From: Candidatus Bathyarchaeia archaeon
Lineage (GTDB): Archaea > Thermoproteota > Bathyarchaeia > Bathyarchaeales > Bathycorpusculaceae
NCBI GenBank assembly: GCA_049512935.1
Contig: JBEKWR010000005.1
Coordinates: forward strand, 1 to 64,000
Reading direction: 5' to 3'
DNA length: 64,000 nucleotides
Below the pieces are notes generated by a model, which made no database searches, had not been told where the DNA came from, and worked only from the letters and a program-made list of their open reading frames with translations. The translations under genes were made by a program, and so were the position numbers. Shown piece after piece: positions 9,858 through 18,267 of the stretch; the stretch's first letter is position 1; the number at the start of each line of letters is the position of its first letter.

Positions 9858-10091
9858 TCACTTTGAAGAATACCTTTTTTCAAAATCTTTGACTTTTACG
9901 GACCTTTCGCTTTCGGAGGCTTTCAAGCTTTCAACGAATTCTGGTCTTAGCTCTGGCTCCATGACGCAAGCCTCGAACTCCTGCGCCATCAGGTTTATCG
10001 CTTGACTTTTGTCCCTTAAGCCATGCTTGGCTTTGAGTACGTTGAGTATCCTGTTTGTCCTTTCATCAAGCGTGACTATCGCCTTGACCAA
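9858..10091 (-). CDS. antitoxin (DUF2683-like, RHH-type)
   Basis: MVKAIVTLDERTNRILNVLKAKHGLRDKSQAIN...EPELRPEF; directly upstream of the toxin gene. Confidence 0.8.
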   Translation of the reverse strand: MVKAIVTLDERTNRILNVLKAKHGLRDKSQAINLMAQEFEACVMEPELRPEFVESLKASESERSVKVKDFEKRYSSK

Positions 10092-10188
10092 ATCATCACC
10101 GTGTTAATGTGATGTTAATATGGAATATATAAGTTGCGTGTTGCAAAAAACTGAACAACCCCGCAAACTAACAACAACGAAAGTTTGG

Positions 10189-10265
10189 TGGAGCCTTCGG
10201 CGGGATTTGGACCCGCGACCATTACCTTACCAAGGTAACGCCCCACCGGGCTAGGCTACGAAGGC
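10189..10265 (-). tRNA. tRNA-Thr (anticodon GGT)
   Basis: Reverse complement GCCTTCG...TTACC TTGGTAA GGTAA...GCGGG TCCAAAT CCCGC CGAAGGC T CCA. Confidence 0.92.
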
Positions 10266-10433
10266 AAGCACTGTTCCCGTGAAACAACGCTTCTAGCCAA
10301 TAAAACGGTTACGGTTAAATCCACCTGAAAAATCATGACCTGCGAAACTGTCGCCGTTACAAATCGGCTTATATGCTTCTTTCCCGAAATAGTAAATCAA
10401 GCAGAAACATCATTGGCTTAGGTTTGAGAAATT

Positions 10434-11360
10434 ATGAGTCAAGAAGTCCGTGCCGCGGCTGAGAGGATAAGGAGGCTGGAGGTTCAGGGCGCAAGAAACG
10501 TTGCGATAGCCGCCCTCAAAGCAGTCCAAACCCTGGCGGAGCAGACGAAAGCAAACAGCAAAGCAGCCTTCCTGGGTGAGCTTAGAGAGGCGCAAGCCGT
10601 GCTTTTCGCGTCAAGAGAAACCGAGCCGCTGATGAGAAACGCCCTGCGATACGTAATCATTCAAGCCCAAGACAGCAGCGCCGAAAAGGTTGACGCCCTC
10701 AGCGAACAGGTCGTCGCCAACGTCGGCTTGTTTTTGCAGAATCTTGAAGCCTCACGGGAAACCACGGCGGAAATAGGCGCCAAACGCATCCGCGACGGCA
10801 TGCTGATTTTCACGCATTGCCACTCGTCAACGGTGACGCGAATGATCGCCAAAGCCAAAGCCGACGGCAAAAACTTCACCGTAATCTGCACCGAAACCCG
10901 ACCCGCCTATCAGGGAAGAATCACCGCTCGCGAAATGGTCGAGCTCGGCGTACAAACCATCTTCATCGTTGATTCAGCCGCCCGCTCATACATGGGAGAC
11001 GTTGACTTGGTTCTTGTCGGCGCGGACGCCATCACGTCTGAGGGCAACGTGGTTAACAAGATAGGCACCAGCGGCATCGCTGTGCTGGCGAGCGAGGCGA
11101 GAAAACCGTTCTACGTGGTTTCGGAACTGCTAAAGTTCGACCCAGAAACCCTCGGCGGCGCCTACGAACGCATCGAGCAGCGAAACCCAGCGGAAGTCTG
11201 GAGCGAACCGCCCGAAGGATTGTCGGTGCGAAACCCCGCTTTCGACGTTACCCCAAGCAGATACATACACGGAATCATCTGCGAAGAAGGCATAATCCCG
11301 CCCCAATCCATAGTCGAAACCGTGAACAGAAGCTACCCATGGGTGCTCAAACAAGTTTAG
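10434..11360 (+). CDS. ribose-1,5-bisphosphate isomerase (eIF-2B family)
   Basis: VQGARNVA, SRETEP, THCHSS, ETRP, GADAI, NKIGT and NPAFDVTP motifs; clustered with RuBisCO and AMP phosphorylase. Confidence 0.9.
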   Translation: MSQEVRAAAERIRRLEVQGARNVAIAALKAVQTLAEQTKANSKAAFLGELREAQAVLFASRETEPLMRNALRYVIIQAQDSSAEKVDALSEQVVANVGLFLQNLEASRETTAEIGAKRIRDGMLIFTHCHSSTVTRMIAKAKADGKNFTVICTETRPAYQGRITAREMVELGVQTIFIVDSAARSYMGDVDLVLVGADAITSEGNVVNKIGTSGIAVLASEARKPFYVVSELLKFDPETLGGAYERIEQRNPAEVWSEPPEGLSVRNPAFDVTPSRYIHGIICEEGIIPPQSIVETVNRSYPWVLKQV

Positions 11361-11440
11361 ATTTGAATCTAACAGATGAGTGCGTATTAAGTTTGACGAA
11401 AAACCTATTTTCAAAAAGTAAATCTCTGAGGAAAAAAGGC

Positions 11441-12163
11441 TTATGTCAAGCTAGCGATTTTTCGATGCTTTAGGATTAAGGCAATGGTGAGCATGGAAAG
11501 AAACAATGGCGCAATAGCTATCATTGGTAGCTCTGGAACAGTAGGAGTTGGGCTTGGTGAAGCAGAGGTAGAACTTGCAGGTATAGTTATTGTTTGTATC
11601 GCGCTTATGTCACTTGTTCCTACAAGATAGTAAACTGTTTCATTACTTGGATAACCACGGCCATCAGGTGGGTAGACCATAACTTGGGACGAGTTTAATT
11701 CAAGTTCTTGAACTGCAAAGTCAATTTTTGAATTAGGGTCATATCGGTTCGCTGGAATAGAAATTTCACTGTATGATGAATTTGAAGAAGCTAATCCATA
11801 GTTTGTTTCAAGAGACTGTGGCAGGTGATATAGAGGTCCATTACCTAGATTCTGGGCGTTTGGAAGGATATACGTCCAATCTGCTTCAAAGTGACCCTTT
11901 GTCGTGACATTGTAGTATATTATGGCCTGCTGACCCTGATAGTACAATGGTTCGTTTTTGATGGATACGACTATGCTGCTGTTGTCAACTTGCTGACTTA
12001 CATCTGTATACGGATCTGTAGTATTGTAGGATGAAGGCACATATTTCACAGTGAACTCTGGAACAGGGACTGACTGAGCAGTTACAGATTTAACCGCCAG
12101 TAAGGCTAGGCAGGAGATAGCCACGATTAGAATTAAACCTGAACTCTTGCCGATACTAGCCAT
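11441..12163 (-). CDS. secreted surface protein with PEF-CTERM-like anchor (paralog 1)
   Basis: Signal peptide, VPEFTVK, IKNEP, YYNV..KGH, DFAVQ, Ser/Thr/Pro linker, then VPELP-TM-KHRK. Confidence 0.8.
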   Translation of the reverse strand: MASIGKSSGLILIVAISCLALLAVKSVTAQSVPVPEFTVKYVPSSYNTTDPYTDVSQQVDNSSIVVSIKNEPLYYQGQQAIIYYNVTTKGHFEADWTYILPNAQNLGNGPLYHLPQSLETNYGLASSNSSYSEISIPANRYDPNSKIDFAVQELELNSSQVMVYPPDGRGYPSNETVYYLVGTSDISAIQTITIPASSTSASPSPTPTVPELPMIAIAPLFLSMLTIALILKHRKIASLT

Positions 12164-12187
12164 AATTATTAACAGTGATTAAAGGGA

Positions 12188-12242
12188 ATAAAAGGCTGTT
12201 CGTAAAAGTTTCTTGACTAAATTAAGTCAAGGTTTTTTGACT
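12188..12242 (-). repeat. 55-bp AGTCAA/TTGACT element, copy A
   Basis: Reverse complement AGTCAA aaaacc TTGACT taattt AGTCAA gaaact TTTACG aacagc CTTTTAT, upstream of paralog 1. Confidence 0.85.
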
Positions 12243-12271
12243 AACTTTAGCATTTCATGAGTTGAGAGCCA

Positions 12272-13495
12272 TTACGTTTTCCAGTGCTCCAATGCAGCTC
12301 TGAGTTCCTTGTGTGTCTTCGCGTACTCTTTCAGCATTACCCCTTCTAATGCCGCATCAACCGCTTGCCGCATCGCCTTTGCACCCGCCATTGTCCCGTC
12401 TGGGTGCCCGTGGATTCCGCCTCCCGCCTGGATAACAACATCGTTGCCGAAGGTTTCAAGCAGCGCGGGAACCAGCGTCGGGTACAGTCCCCCTGAAGCT
12501 ACGGGTAGAACGGGTTTCAGGTTGCCGAGCGGCGCTTTGCACGCATCGATGTTTTCGAGCACTTCAGCCTTGGTTTCGCTCATTTTTCCCACGACCGTGC
12601 CCACGTGCAATTGGTCGACCCCGATTACCCGCGCCACCGTTGCGATGGGTCGCATGGCGATGCCGTGCAGCTGGTTCTTGGTGAAGGCGGCGTGTCCTGC
12701 CCTATGCGCGTGGATAACGAGTTTGAGGTTTTGGTCTCGCAGCGTTTGGAGCGCTGACCAACCCGTGGTTAAAATGTCAACCATGATGTATTCGCCGCCT
12801 TGGGCGACCACGGCTTCCGCCCGCTTCAGCATCACGTTGGTTTCGGCGGTGACGTTGACCATGTAGACTTTGCGTTCGCCCGTCTCCTCTCGCGCTTTGT
12901 CGCGGGCTTCCAAGGTTTGCGTTAGGCGCTCTTCGAATGGGTTGAAGGATTGGCTGCTTAGGTTTTCGTCGTCTTTCACGACGTCGCATCCGCCGCTCCA
13001 AGCGTCATAAGCTACCTTCGCGTGGTCCCTGGTGTTTAATCCGAGTTTAGGCTTGATTATCGTGCCCACGAGCGGGCGGGTTGGGACTTTTAGGAGGCTG
13101 CGGATTCCCTCTATGCCAAAGGCGGGTCCCTTGAAGCTATCCAGTAAGTTTTTTGGGAACTGGATGTCGAGGAGACGCAGGTTTTTGAGCGCCTTGAGTC
13201 CGAAGACGTTTCCTGCTACGCTGCTCAGGATGTTGGGCATGTTGGCGGGCTCGAAAAGTTCGATGGGGTACGCGATTTTGATTACGTTGCCGTCTATGCT
13301 GAAGACGTGGGCTGCCAGCCGCTTCACGTACGGCTTCTCAGTTGTTAGTTCCGTCCACGTGCCCACCGAGCTTTCCGCAGCTACCCCGCCTGCCGCTTCC
13401 TGGAGGCTGATGCCTTCGGGTTCAACGTAAAACGTGCAGGTCAAATCGGTTTCTTTAGGCTTGTAAGCGGGGTCAACAAAATCAAGGTACTTCAC
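12272..13495 (-). CDS. rbcL: form III ribulose-1,5-bisphosphate carboxylase
   Basis: AAESSVGTW, GTIIKPKLGL, DVVKDDENL, HAHRAGH, VGKM (loop-6 Lys), SGG and GGGIHGHP motifs. Confidence 0.95.
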   Translation of the reverse strand: MKYLDFVDPAYKPKETDLTCTFYVEPEGISLQEAAGGVAAESSVGTWTELTTEKPYVKRLAAHVFSIDGNVIKIAYPIELFEPANMPNILSSVAGNVFGLKALKNLRLLDIQFPKNLLDSFKGPAFGIEGIRSLLKVPTRPLVGTIIKPKLGLNTRDHAKVAYDAWSGGCDVVKDDENLSSQSFNPFEERLTQTLEARDKAREETGERKVYMVNVTAETNVMLKRAEAVVAQGGEYIMVDILTTGWSALQTLRDQNLKLVIHAHRAGHAAFTKNQLHGIAMRPIATVARVIGVDQLHVGTVVGKMSETKAEVLENIDACKAPLGNLKPVLPVASGGLYPTLVPALLETFGNDVVIQAGGGIHGHPDGTMAGAKAMRQAVDAALEGVMLKEYAKTHKELRAALEHWKT

Positions 13496-13622
13496 GGCGT
13501 TCCTCTCAAGCTAATTGCAACCATTCTTCCCTTAAAATCTTTAACTATCCTTATTCGAGAGTAGTTAAAGAAACCCATCAGGATTGACCACGAACAGTCA
13601 GAGAGACAATTGAAGAAAGTCC

Positions 13623-13677
13623 AGTCAAGAAACTTTGACTAAGGTTAGTCAAGGAACCTTTACGAATAGGCTTTTAT
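13623..13677 (+). repeat. 55-bp AGTCAA/TTGACT element, copy B
   Basis: AGTCAA gaaact TTGACT aaggtt AGTCAA ggaacc TTTACG aatagg CTTTTAT, upstream of paralog 2. Confidence 0.85.
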
Positions 13678-13702
13678 CATCTGTTCAAACCTATTAATAA
13701 GC

Positions 13703-14449
13703 ATGGGTAAAATCGGCAAGACTTTCGCATTATTCCTAACCCTTATTATTGCCATGCCATGTCTGACCTTGTTGACAGTAAAACCTGCAAATGCTCAAAC
13801 AACGCCAACAGTTTCTGTTCCAGAGTTTACCGTCAAGTTTATCGACAACTCGTATAACATTCCAGCGAACACCACAATAGATCCATTTACTGGGAAAACC
13901 GTAACAATCCCTGCCCAACACATTAACAATCAAACGATAGAACTTTCCATCAAGAATCAAACAAGCCCAAACGGGACTAACTTGTATTACGAAATTCGCA
14001 TGAAAGGTCATTATTCACAAGAGTGGACTAACATTTCTTCTGTTCAGGCAAACCCTCGGTCAGAATACACGATTTTGACTTATGCAATAGATGGAAACAA
14101 TGCTTCTGGTCAGTTTGACAGTCGTTTGAATCAAATTTCCTCTGGTGGTACGGCAGATTTTCAAGTGCAAGCCCAAATATGGCCGTATCCCACAAATCGT
14201 TTTTCGCAGTTTAGAACGCCCCCTTTTGGCTTGATATCCGAAAGTGACTGGAGTCCAACGCAAACAATAACCCTTACCGATGGAGCAACCACCAGTTCCA
14301 TAAGCACCTCACCGACTCCAAACCAAACATCAACGCCTTCCAATACGCCTGCCATTCCAGAGTTTCCATCTTTAACAATTCTACCGTTATTTCTCTCAAC
14401 ACTCTTGGTCTATGCTACACTTAGACAACGGAGGATTAACGTTGATTAG
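13703..14449 (+). CDS. secreted surface protein with PEF-CTERM-like anchor (paralog 2)
   Basis: Signal peptide, SVPEFTVKF, IKNQ, YYEIRMKGH, DFQVQA, SDWSPTQT, Ser/Thr/Pro linker, IPEFP-TM-RQRR. Confidence 0.82.
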   Translation: MGKIGKTFALFLTLIIAMPCLTLLTVKPANAQTTPTVSVPEFTVKFIDNSYNIPANTTIDPFTGKTVTIPAQHINNQTIELSIKNQTSPNGTNLYYEIRMKGHYSQEWTNISSVQANPRSEYTILTYAIDGNNASGQFDSRLNQISSGGTADFQVQAQIWPYPTNRFSQFRTPPFGLISESDWSPTQTITLTDGATTSSISTSPTPNQTSTPSNTPAIPEFPSLTILPLFLSTLLVYATLRQRRINVD

Positions 14450-15275
14450 TGCCAGCAAAAGCCTTTCAGTGGTTCTTGTTTGCATCTTGGCTATCTCAAA
14501 CGCAAGTTTGCTTATGATTAAACCTGTAAATGCTCAATCGATACCTACGCCGTCTGTGCCACAGTTTACTGTTAAATTTGTAAATGCTTCTTACAGCGTT
14601 ACTTCGACAAATTTGTCCACCGAGAAAAATCAAACCGAGCTAGTTGCCAATGACTCTATTGAAATTACAATTAATAACCAACCCTTTGCCTATTCAAATA
14701 ATAGCATAATTTACAATGAATACTTTAACATCAGAGTAAAACCTAACTTAGCGAAAGAAAATTGGACTGAAATTTATCCAGTAGAAAGCAAATGGTTTCG
14801 ACCCATTGGAATGGGTAGAATCCAGTACGCAGACTATATTTGTGATAACTCTCCAATCCAATTGGTCTCAAAAGATACAACTGTTAGTTTTTGGGTTATA
14901 CCCGTAGAACCATCCAACGTTTCTCAAGGCTATGACATAACGGGCGCGCTTTGGGGTGACAATAATGAAACCTTCTTGAGTGGGGTTCGAACGGGTGACA
15001 TCCTTGATTTTCAAGTACAGGCGCTAATTGGACATAATTCTACTATGTGGTGTCCTGGAAACCCTTCCGATAGCGAGTACGTACCTGCAGTTGCTTATGA
15101 TGCAGCAGGCGACTGGAGTCCCACACAAACTGTTACTATGGGTCAAAGTTCAACCTCTTCAACTTCTAGCGTTCCAGAGTTTCCAGCTTTGGCAATTCTC
15201 CCTTTGCTCCTTTCCGTGTTCTCTGTTGCTGTGATAGTTAGGCATCGAAGTGTTCAGTCAAGAAACTTTGACTAA
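14442..15275 (+). CDS. secreted surface protein with PEF-CTERM-like anchor (paralog 3)
   Basis: TTG 14442 after GGAGG; PSVPQFTVKF, DFQVQALIG, DWSPTQT, VPEFP-TM-RHR. Confidence 0.82.
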   Translation: MISASKSLSVVLVCILAISNASLLMIKPVNAQSIPTPSVPQFTVKFVNASYSVTSTNLSTEKNQTELVANDSIEITINNQPFAYSNNSIIYNEYFNIRVKPNLAKENWTEIYPVESKWFRPIGMGRIQYADYICDNSPIQLVSKDTTVSFWVIPVEPSNVSQGYDITGALWGDNNETFLSGVRTGDILDFQVQALIGHNSTMWCPGNPSDSEYVPAVAYDAAGDWSPTQTVTMGQSSTSSTSSVPEFPALAILPLLLSVFSVAVIVRHRSVQSRNFD

Positions 15276-15310
15276 AGTCAGTCAAGGAACCTTTACGAAT
15301 AGGCTTTTAT
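15256..15310 (+). repeat. 55-bp AGTCAA/TTGACT element, copy C
   Basis: AGTCAA gaaact TTGACT aaagtc AGTCAA ggaacc TTTACG aatagg CTTTTAT; 2 mismatches to copy B; contains the stop codon of paralog 3. Confidence 0.88.
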
Positions 15311-15334
15311 CTCCAGTAATTTTAGTCATTTAAT

Positions 15335-16081
15335 ATGGGAAGCATTGGCAAAGGGTTGGCAATAGGTCTGATTCTTGTGATGGCTATCTCAAGTGTAGAA
15401 TTAATGATGGCTAAACCTGTATGTGCTCAGTCTGTACCTACGCCGTCTGTGCCACAGTTTACTGTTAAATTTGTTGATTCATCCTATGATGCGCCAACAA
15501 CCACTTCTACAAACCAGTACAATGGTCAAACAACCACAAATCCAGGATACCATGTAGAAAATAGAACTATACAAATCACCATTAAGAACCAACCATTTAC
15601 CTCATACATACAAAACGGAGAAAACATTTCCTTCTACTACAACGTAAAAGAGAAAGGTCAATACGCAACGAACTGGACAACACTCTATAGCCCGGGCTAT
15701 TACTTTCCGACTGAATCCAATACTGGCTACACTACACTTGTCTATCTCATAGATGCAAATGAACCTCCATTTTGGGATAATCTTGTCAATGGTGGAACTG
15801 TAGATTTTCAAGTCCAAGCAATGATAGGCTCTGTGCATCGCATTTCTAATATTACTGCGGGTAACGAGCTCCCATGGGAAATGTTTCCTTGGATATTTGA
15901 TGGACAAACAAGTGACTGGAGTCCAACTCAAACAGTAACTGTTCCATCAAGCTCTCCGTCACCAAGTCAACCTCCTACCGTAACAGAGTTTCCAGTTTTG
16001 GTGATTGTGCCTTTGCTTCTTTCCGTGTTCTCCGTTGCTATGATAGTTAGACGTCGAAAACAAGTCAAGAAATTTAACTAA
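15335..16081 (+). CDS. secreted surface protein with PEF-CTERM-like anchor (paralog 4)
   Basis: Signal peptide, PSVPQFTVKF, IKNQPF, YYNVKEKG, DFQVQAMIG, SDWSPTQT, VTEFP-TM-RRRK; ends in a partial element AGTCAAGAAATTTAACTAA (16063-16081). Confidence 0.82.
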   Translation: MGSIGKGLAIGLILVMAISSVELMMAKPVCAQSVPTPSVPQFTVKFVDSSYDAPTTTSTNQYNGQTTTNPGYHVENRTIQITIKNQPFTSYIQNGENISFYYNVKEKGQYATNWTTLYSPGYYFPTESNTGYTTLVYLIDANEPPFWDNLVNGGTVDFQVQAMIGSVHRISNITAGNELPWEMFPWIFDGQTSDWSPTQTVTVPSSSPSPSQPPTVTEFPVLVIVPLLLSVFSVAMIVRRRKQVKKFN

Positions 16082-16323
16082 CAACAGCGAATAACCTCAA
16101 AATAGGCCTCAGTCACCAATAGAAGGCTGTTCAAATACTCCCCACCATTAAAACTTTTTATGGGAGATTGTTTTGGCAGCCCGTGTCGGTGGTTAGAACG
16201 GAGTAGGGATTTAGGGGGTCCAAGTATCCCCGTGGCATTGAAGAATCAGCTTAGTTTTCTGTTTTGGTTTACGCTTAAGATTTGAGCAAAAATTTTCGAT
16301 GGATATTAAGAAATTTCTGTGCA

Positions 16324-16737
16324 TTAAAGGTTAATTACTTCGGGTTTCAAATTTGTTTTCTCGTTCCATAGATCTTTTCTCATGGCAATAACTGCCTTAG
16401 CGTAAGTAGTGTTATCAGGTTTTTGAATGAATTCTTTCAATGCTTTAACGAAATCGTCAGAAGCAAACATCACTGAGTAAAACCATTCTACCTCCAATTC
16501 TTTCTTGAAGTTATTAGGATTAGACTTACGTCCTTCCCAATCGAAATAACCAGTGTATTCTGGGTTTAGATGAGAACACATTAAAGCCAATATGTGCTGG
16601 TACCTTTTTTCCTTGAGTTGTTGTTCGTTTAACTTGATTTGTTTTCTCTTATCAAAATAATACGTTAGCGAAGTCGCAATAATGCCAGCACTACCAATGA
16701 ACGCCACAACGGAGAGGATTATCTCTTCATAGATCAT
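16324..16737 (-). CDS. hypothetical protein with N-terminal TM helix
   Basis: AT-rich 137-aa ORF; TM helix, then a helical region ending FASDDFVKAL...AMRKDLW. Confidence 0.65.
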   Translation of the reverse strand: MIYEEIILSVVAFIGSAGIIATSLTYYFDKRKQIKLNEQQLKEKRYQHILALMCSHLNPEYTGYFDWEGRKSNPNNFKKELEVEWFYSVMFASDDFVKALKEFIQKPDNTTYAKAVIAMRKDLWNEKTNLKPEVINL

Positions 16738-17140
16738 GCTTGATAGTCAGTCGTTCCAGTTTTAAGTTTTTGCGTCTTGACTCTGGTGTTAGAGTTTCCG
16801 ATTTTTTTAAGCAAACCCCCGCCTATATTATTGTAGGCAACTCGAGAATTTCTTGGATAATCATTTGATTTTTTGTCTTCTAAGCAAAACCAGCCCCTTT
16901 TTTTATTGCCGTAAACGCAGGAGGGAACTAAAGAATTGGCGCTAATAAGAAAACTTAAACTATACTTAAAGATTATCCGTTGCGTTTTAGCCAGCCTAAG
17001 AAATAGATACTTCTGAATTTTAGTCTAAGAATGAATTTAGCGATTTCAATTTTCCTAATCCCCATTTTTTACCAGTCAACTCCCTGGCTGACCTATTAGG
17101 GTTTCTAGTTTTTTCATTTCTTAGCTTTTGACCATCCGAA

Positions 17141-17662
17141 TTAGGCTTTTTTCTTCTTTTTTCCTGGTCTACCTAAAACTATGCCTATTTTTTTCTTGAG
17201 AGCCTTTTCGATAGTTCCTTTTACAGGGTCGTCCAATGAATCAAATTTGAGCACAATTTCCTCGTTAATTTTGCCATCATCACTAAATCCACGAACAATA
17301 AGTTCTATGGGATAATCAGGTCTATCACCTCTCTTAGCCCCTTCTGAGCGAGCTTTAATTATTGCCGTAATCAAATCAATTACGCTCTTGGCGAGAGTGA
17401 TTCCAGTGGTGCCCAAAGCGACATACAATAGTAGTTCTGGACCGCTTTCGTGTTCTATGAAGGAAAATTCCTTATCATGCGAAGGGTATGACTCCAATCG
17501 GGCATCGATTAATCTATAAGCATATGGTGAGTGTTCACGGTGAAAGCATCCACTAGTTACTCGTATCTTAATGGATATTGCCTTCCCTTTGCTTTTGGCT
17601 GAGAAAGGAGCCTCAAAAGTTTCAATTCGATGTCGGAATTCATTCTCCCATGGCGAATTCAT
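17141..17662 (-). CDS. hypothetical protein
   Basis: 173-aa ORF with GCFHREHSP and EHESGPE segments and one central hydrophobic helix. Confidence 0.65.
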   Translation of the reverse strand: MNSPWENEFRHRIETFEAPFSAKSKGKAISIKIRVTSGCFHREHSPYAYRLIDARLESYPSHDKEFSFIEHESGPELLLYVALGTTGITLAKSVIDLITAIIKARSEGAKRGDRPDYPIELIVRGFSDDGKINEEIVLKFDSLDDPVKGTIEKALKKKIGIVLGRPGKKKKKA

Positions 17663-17899
17663 AGTACCGCTTCCACCATTATGGATTGAATAATACTTGT
17701 TAGCGCTTGTCTAATTTAAAACATTTCCAAAGCAATTATTGGTATAGAAGTATAATCTTATCGGAAGGAACTTCTCAAGAGATTAGTACCACTTATAATT
17801 GGTGGGGCACACCTAATCCTCAAGCACAAGTACAATAATTACAACACCGACCATAAGCCCAGAACAACCCTAAACATCAATATCGCCTCACCCCGCATT

Positions 17900-17990
17900 A
17901 ACTCCTTCTGTTGAGTTGCTTTGGTGGTTGATTGTGCCTTTGCTCCTTTCTGTGCTCTGTATTGCTGCGGCAATTAGGCATCGGAAATAC
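17900..17990 (+). pseudogene. remnant 3' end (TM-anchor region) of a fifth surface-protein paralog
   Basis: GATTGTGCCTTTGCTCCTTTCTGTGCTCTGTATTGCTGCGGCAATTAGGCATCG aligns with the anchor-coding ends of paralogs 3 and 4; no intact 5' ORF; boundaries approximate. Confidence 0.6.
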
Positions 17991-18100
17991 AGTAAGCTTG
18001 CAAGTTGCAGGCATAAACTTTTGGAATATTCCAAAAGCGGCAGGCAAAAACCCACACTTCTTGCACTTGCCCACTCAAAATCATCCTAAAGAATCAAGCC

Positions 18101-18126
18101 CTAAACCAAAAAAGCAATCCAAAATA
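18101..18126 (+). repeat. 26-bp island-edge motif, copy 1
   Basis: CTAAACCAAAAAAGCAATCCAAAATA; 23/26 identical to 47278-47303. Confidence 0.65.
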
Positions 18127-18267
18127 AGCCCTGGCTCTGCCTGACCCGACGGGGGAGGGGGTCTAGTATTTGTGGCAAAATTCCAACACAAAAATGGTTT
18201 TGCCGTCCAGATGGGGTTTGGCTTTAAATCTTTAACTATTTCTAGGCTGCATCAATTGTAGGTGTGA

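Noticed and set aside
10186-10191. Genomic CCACCA at the tRNA-Thr 3' end as a degradation tag
   Set aside because: That tag is added post-transcriptionally; three extra matching bases are easily chance and are absent from the repeat copy
12272-13495. RuBisCO as evidence of Calvin-cycle autotrophy
   Set aside because: Form III enzyme flanked by AMP phosphorylase and R15P isomerase; no phosphoribulokinase in the window
18145-18168. G-rich run GGGGGAGGGGG as a G-quadruplex, origin G-string or packaging site
   Set aside because: Only two G-tracts; no ORB consensus, cdc6 or terminase gene nearby
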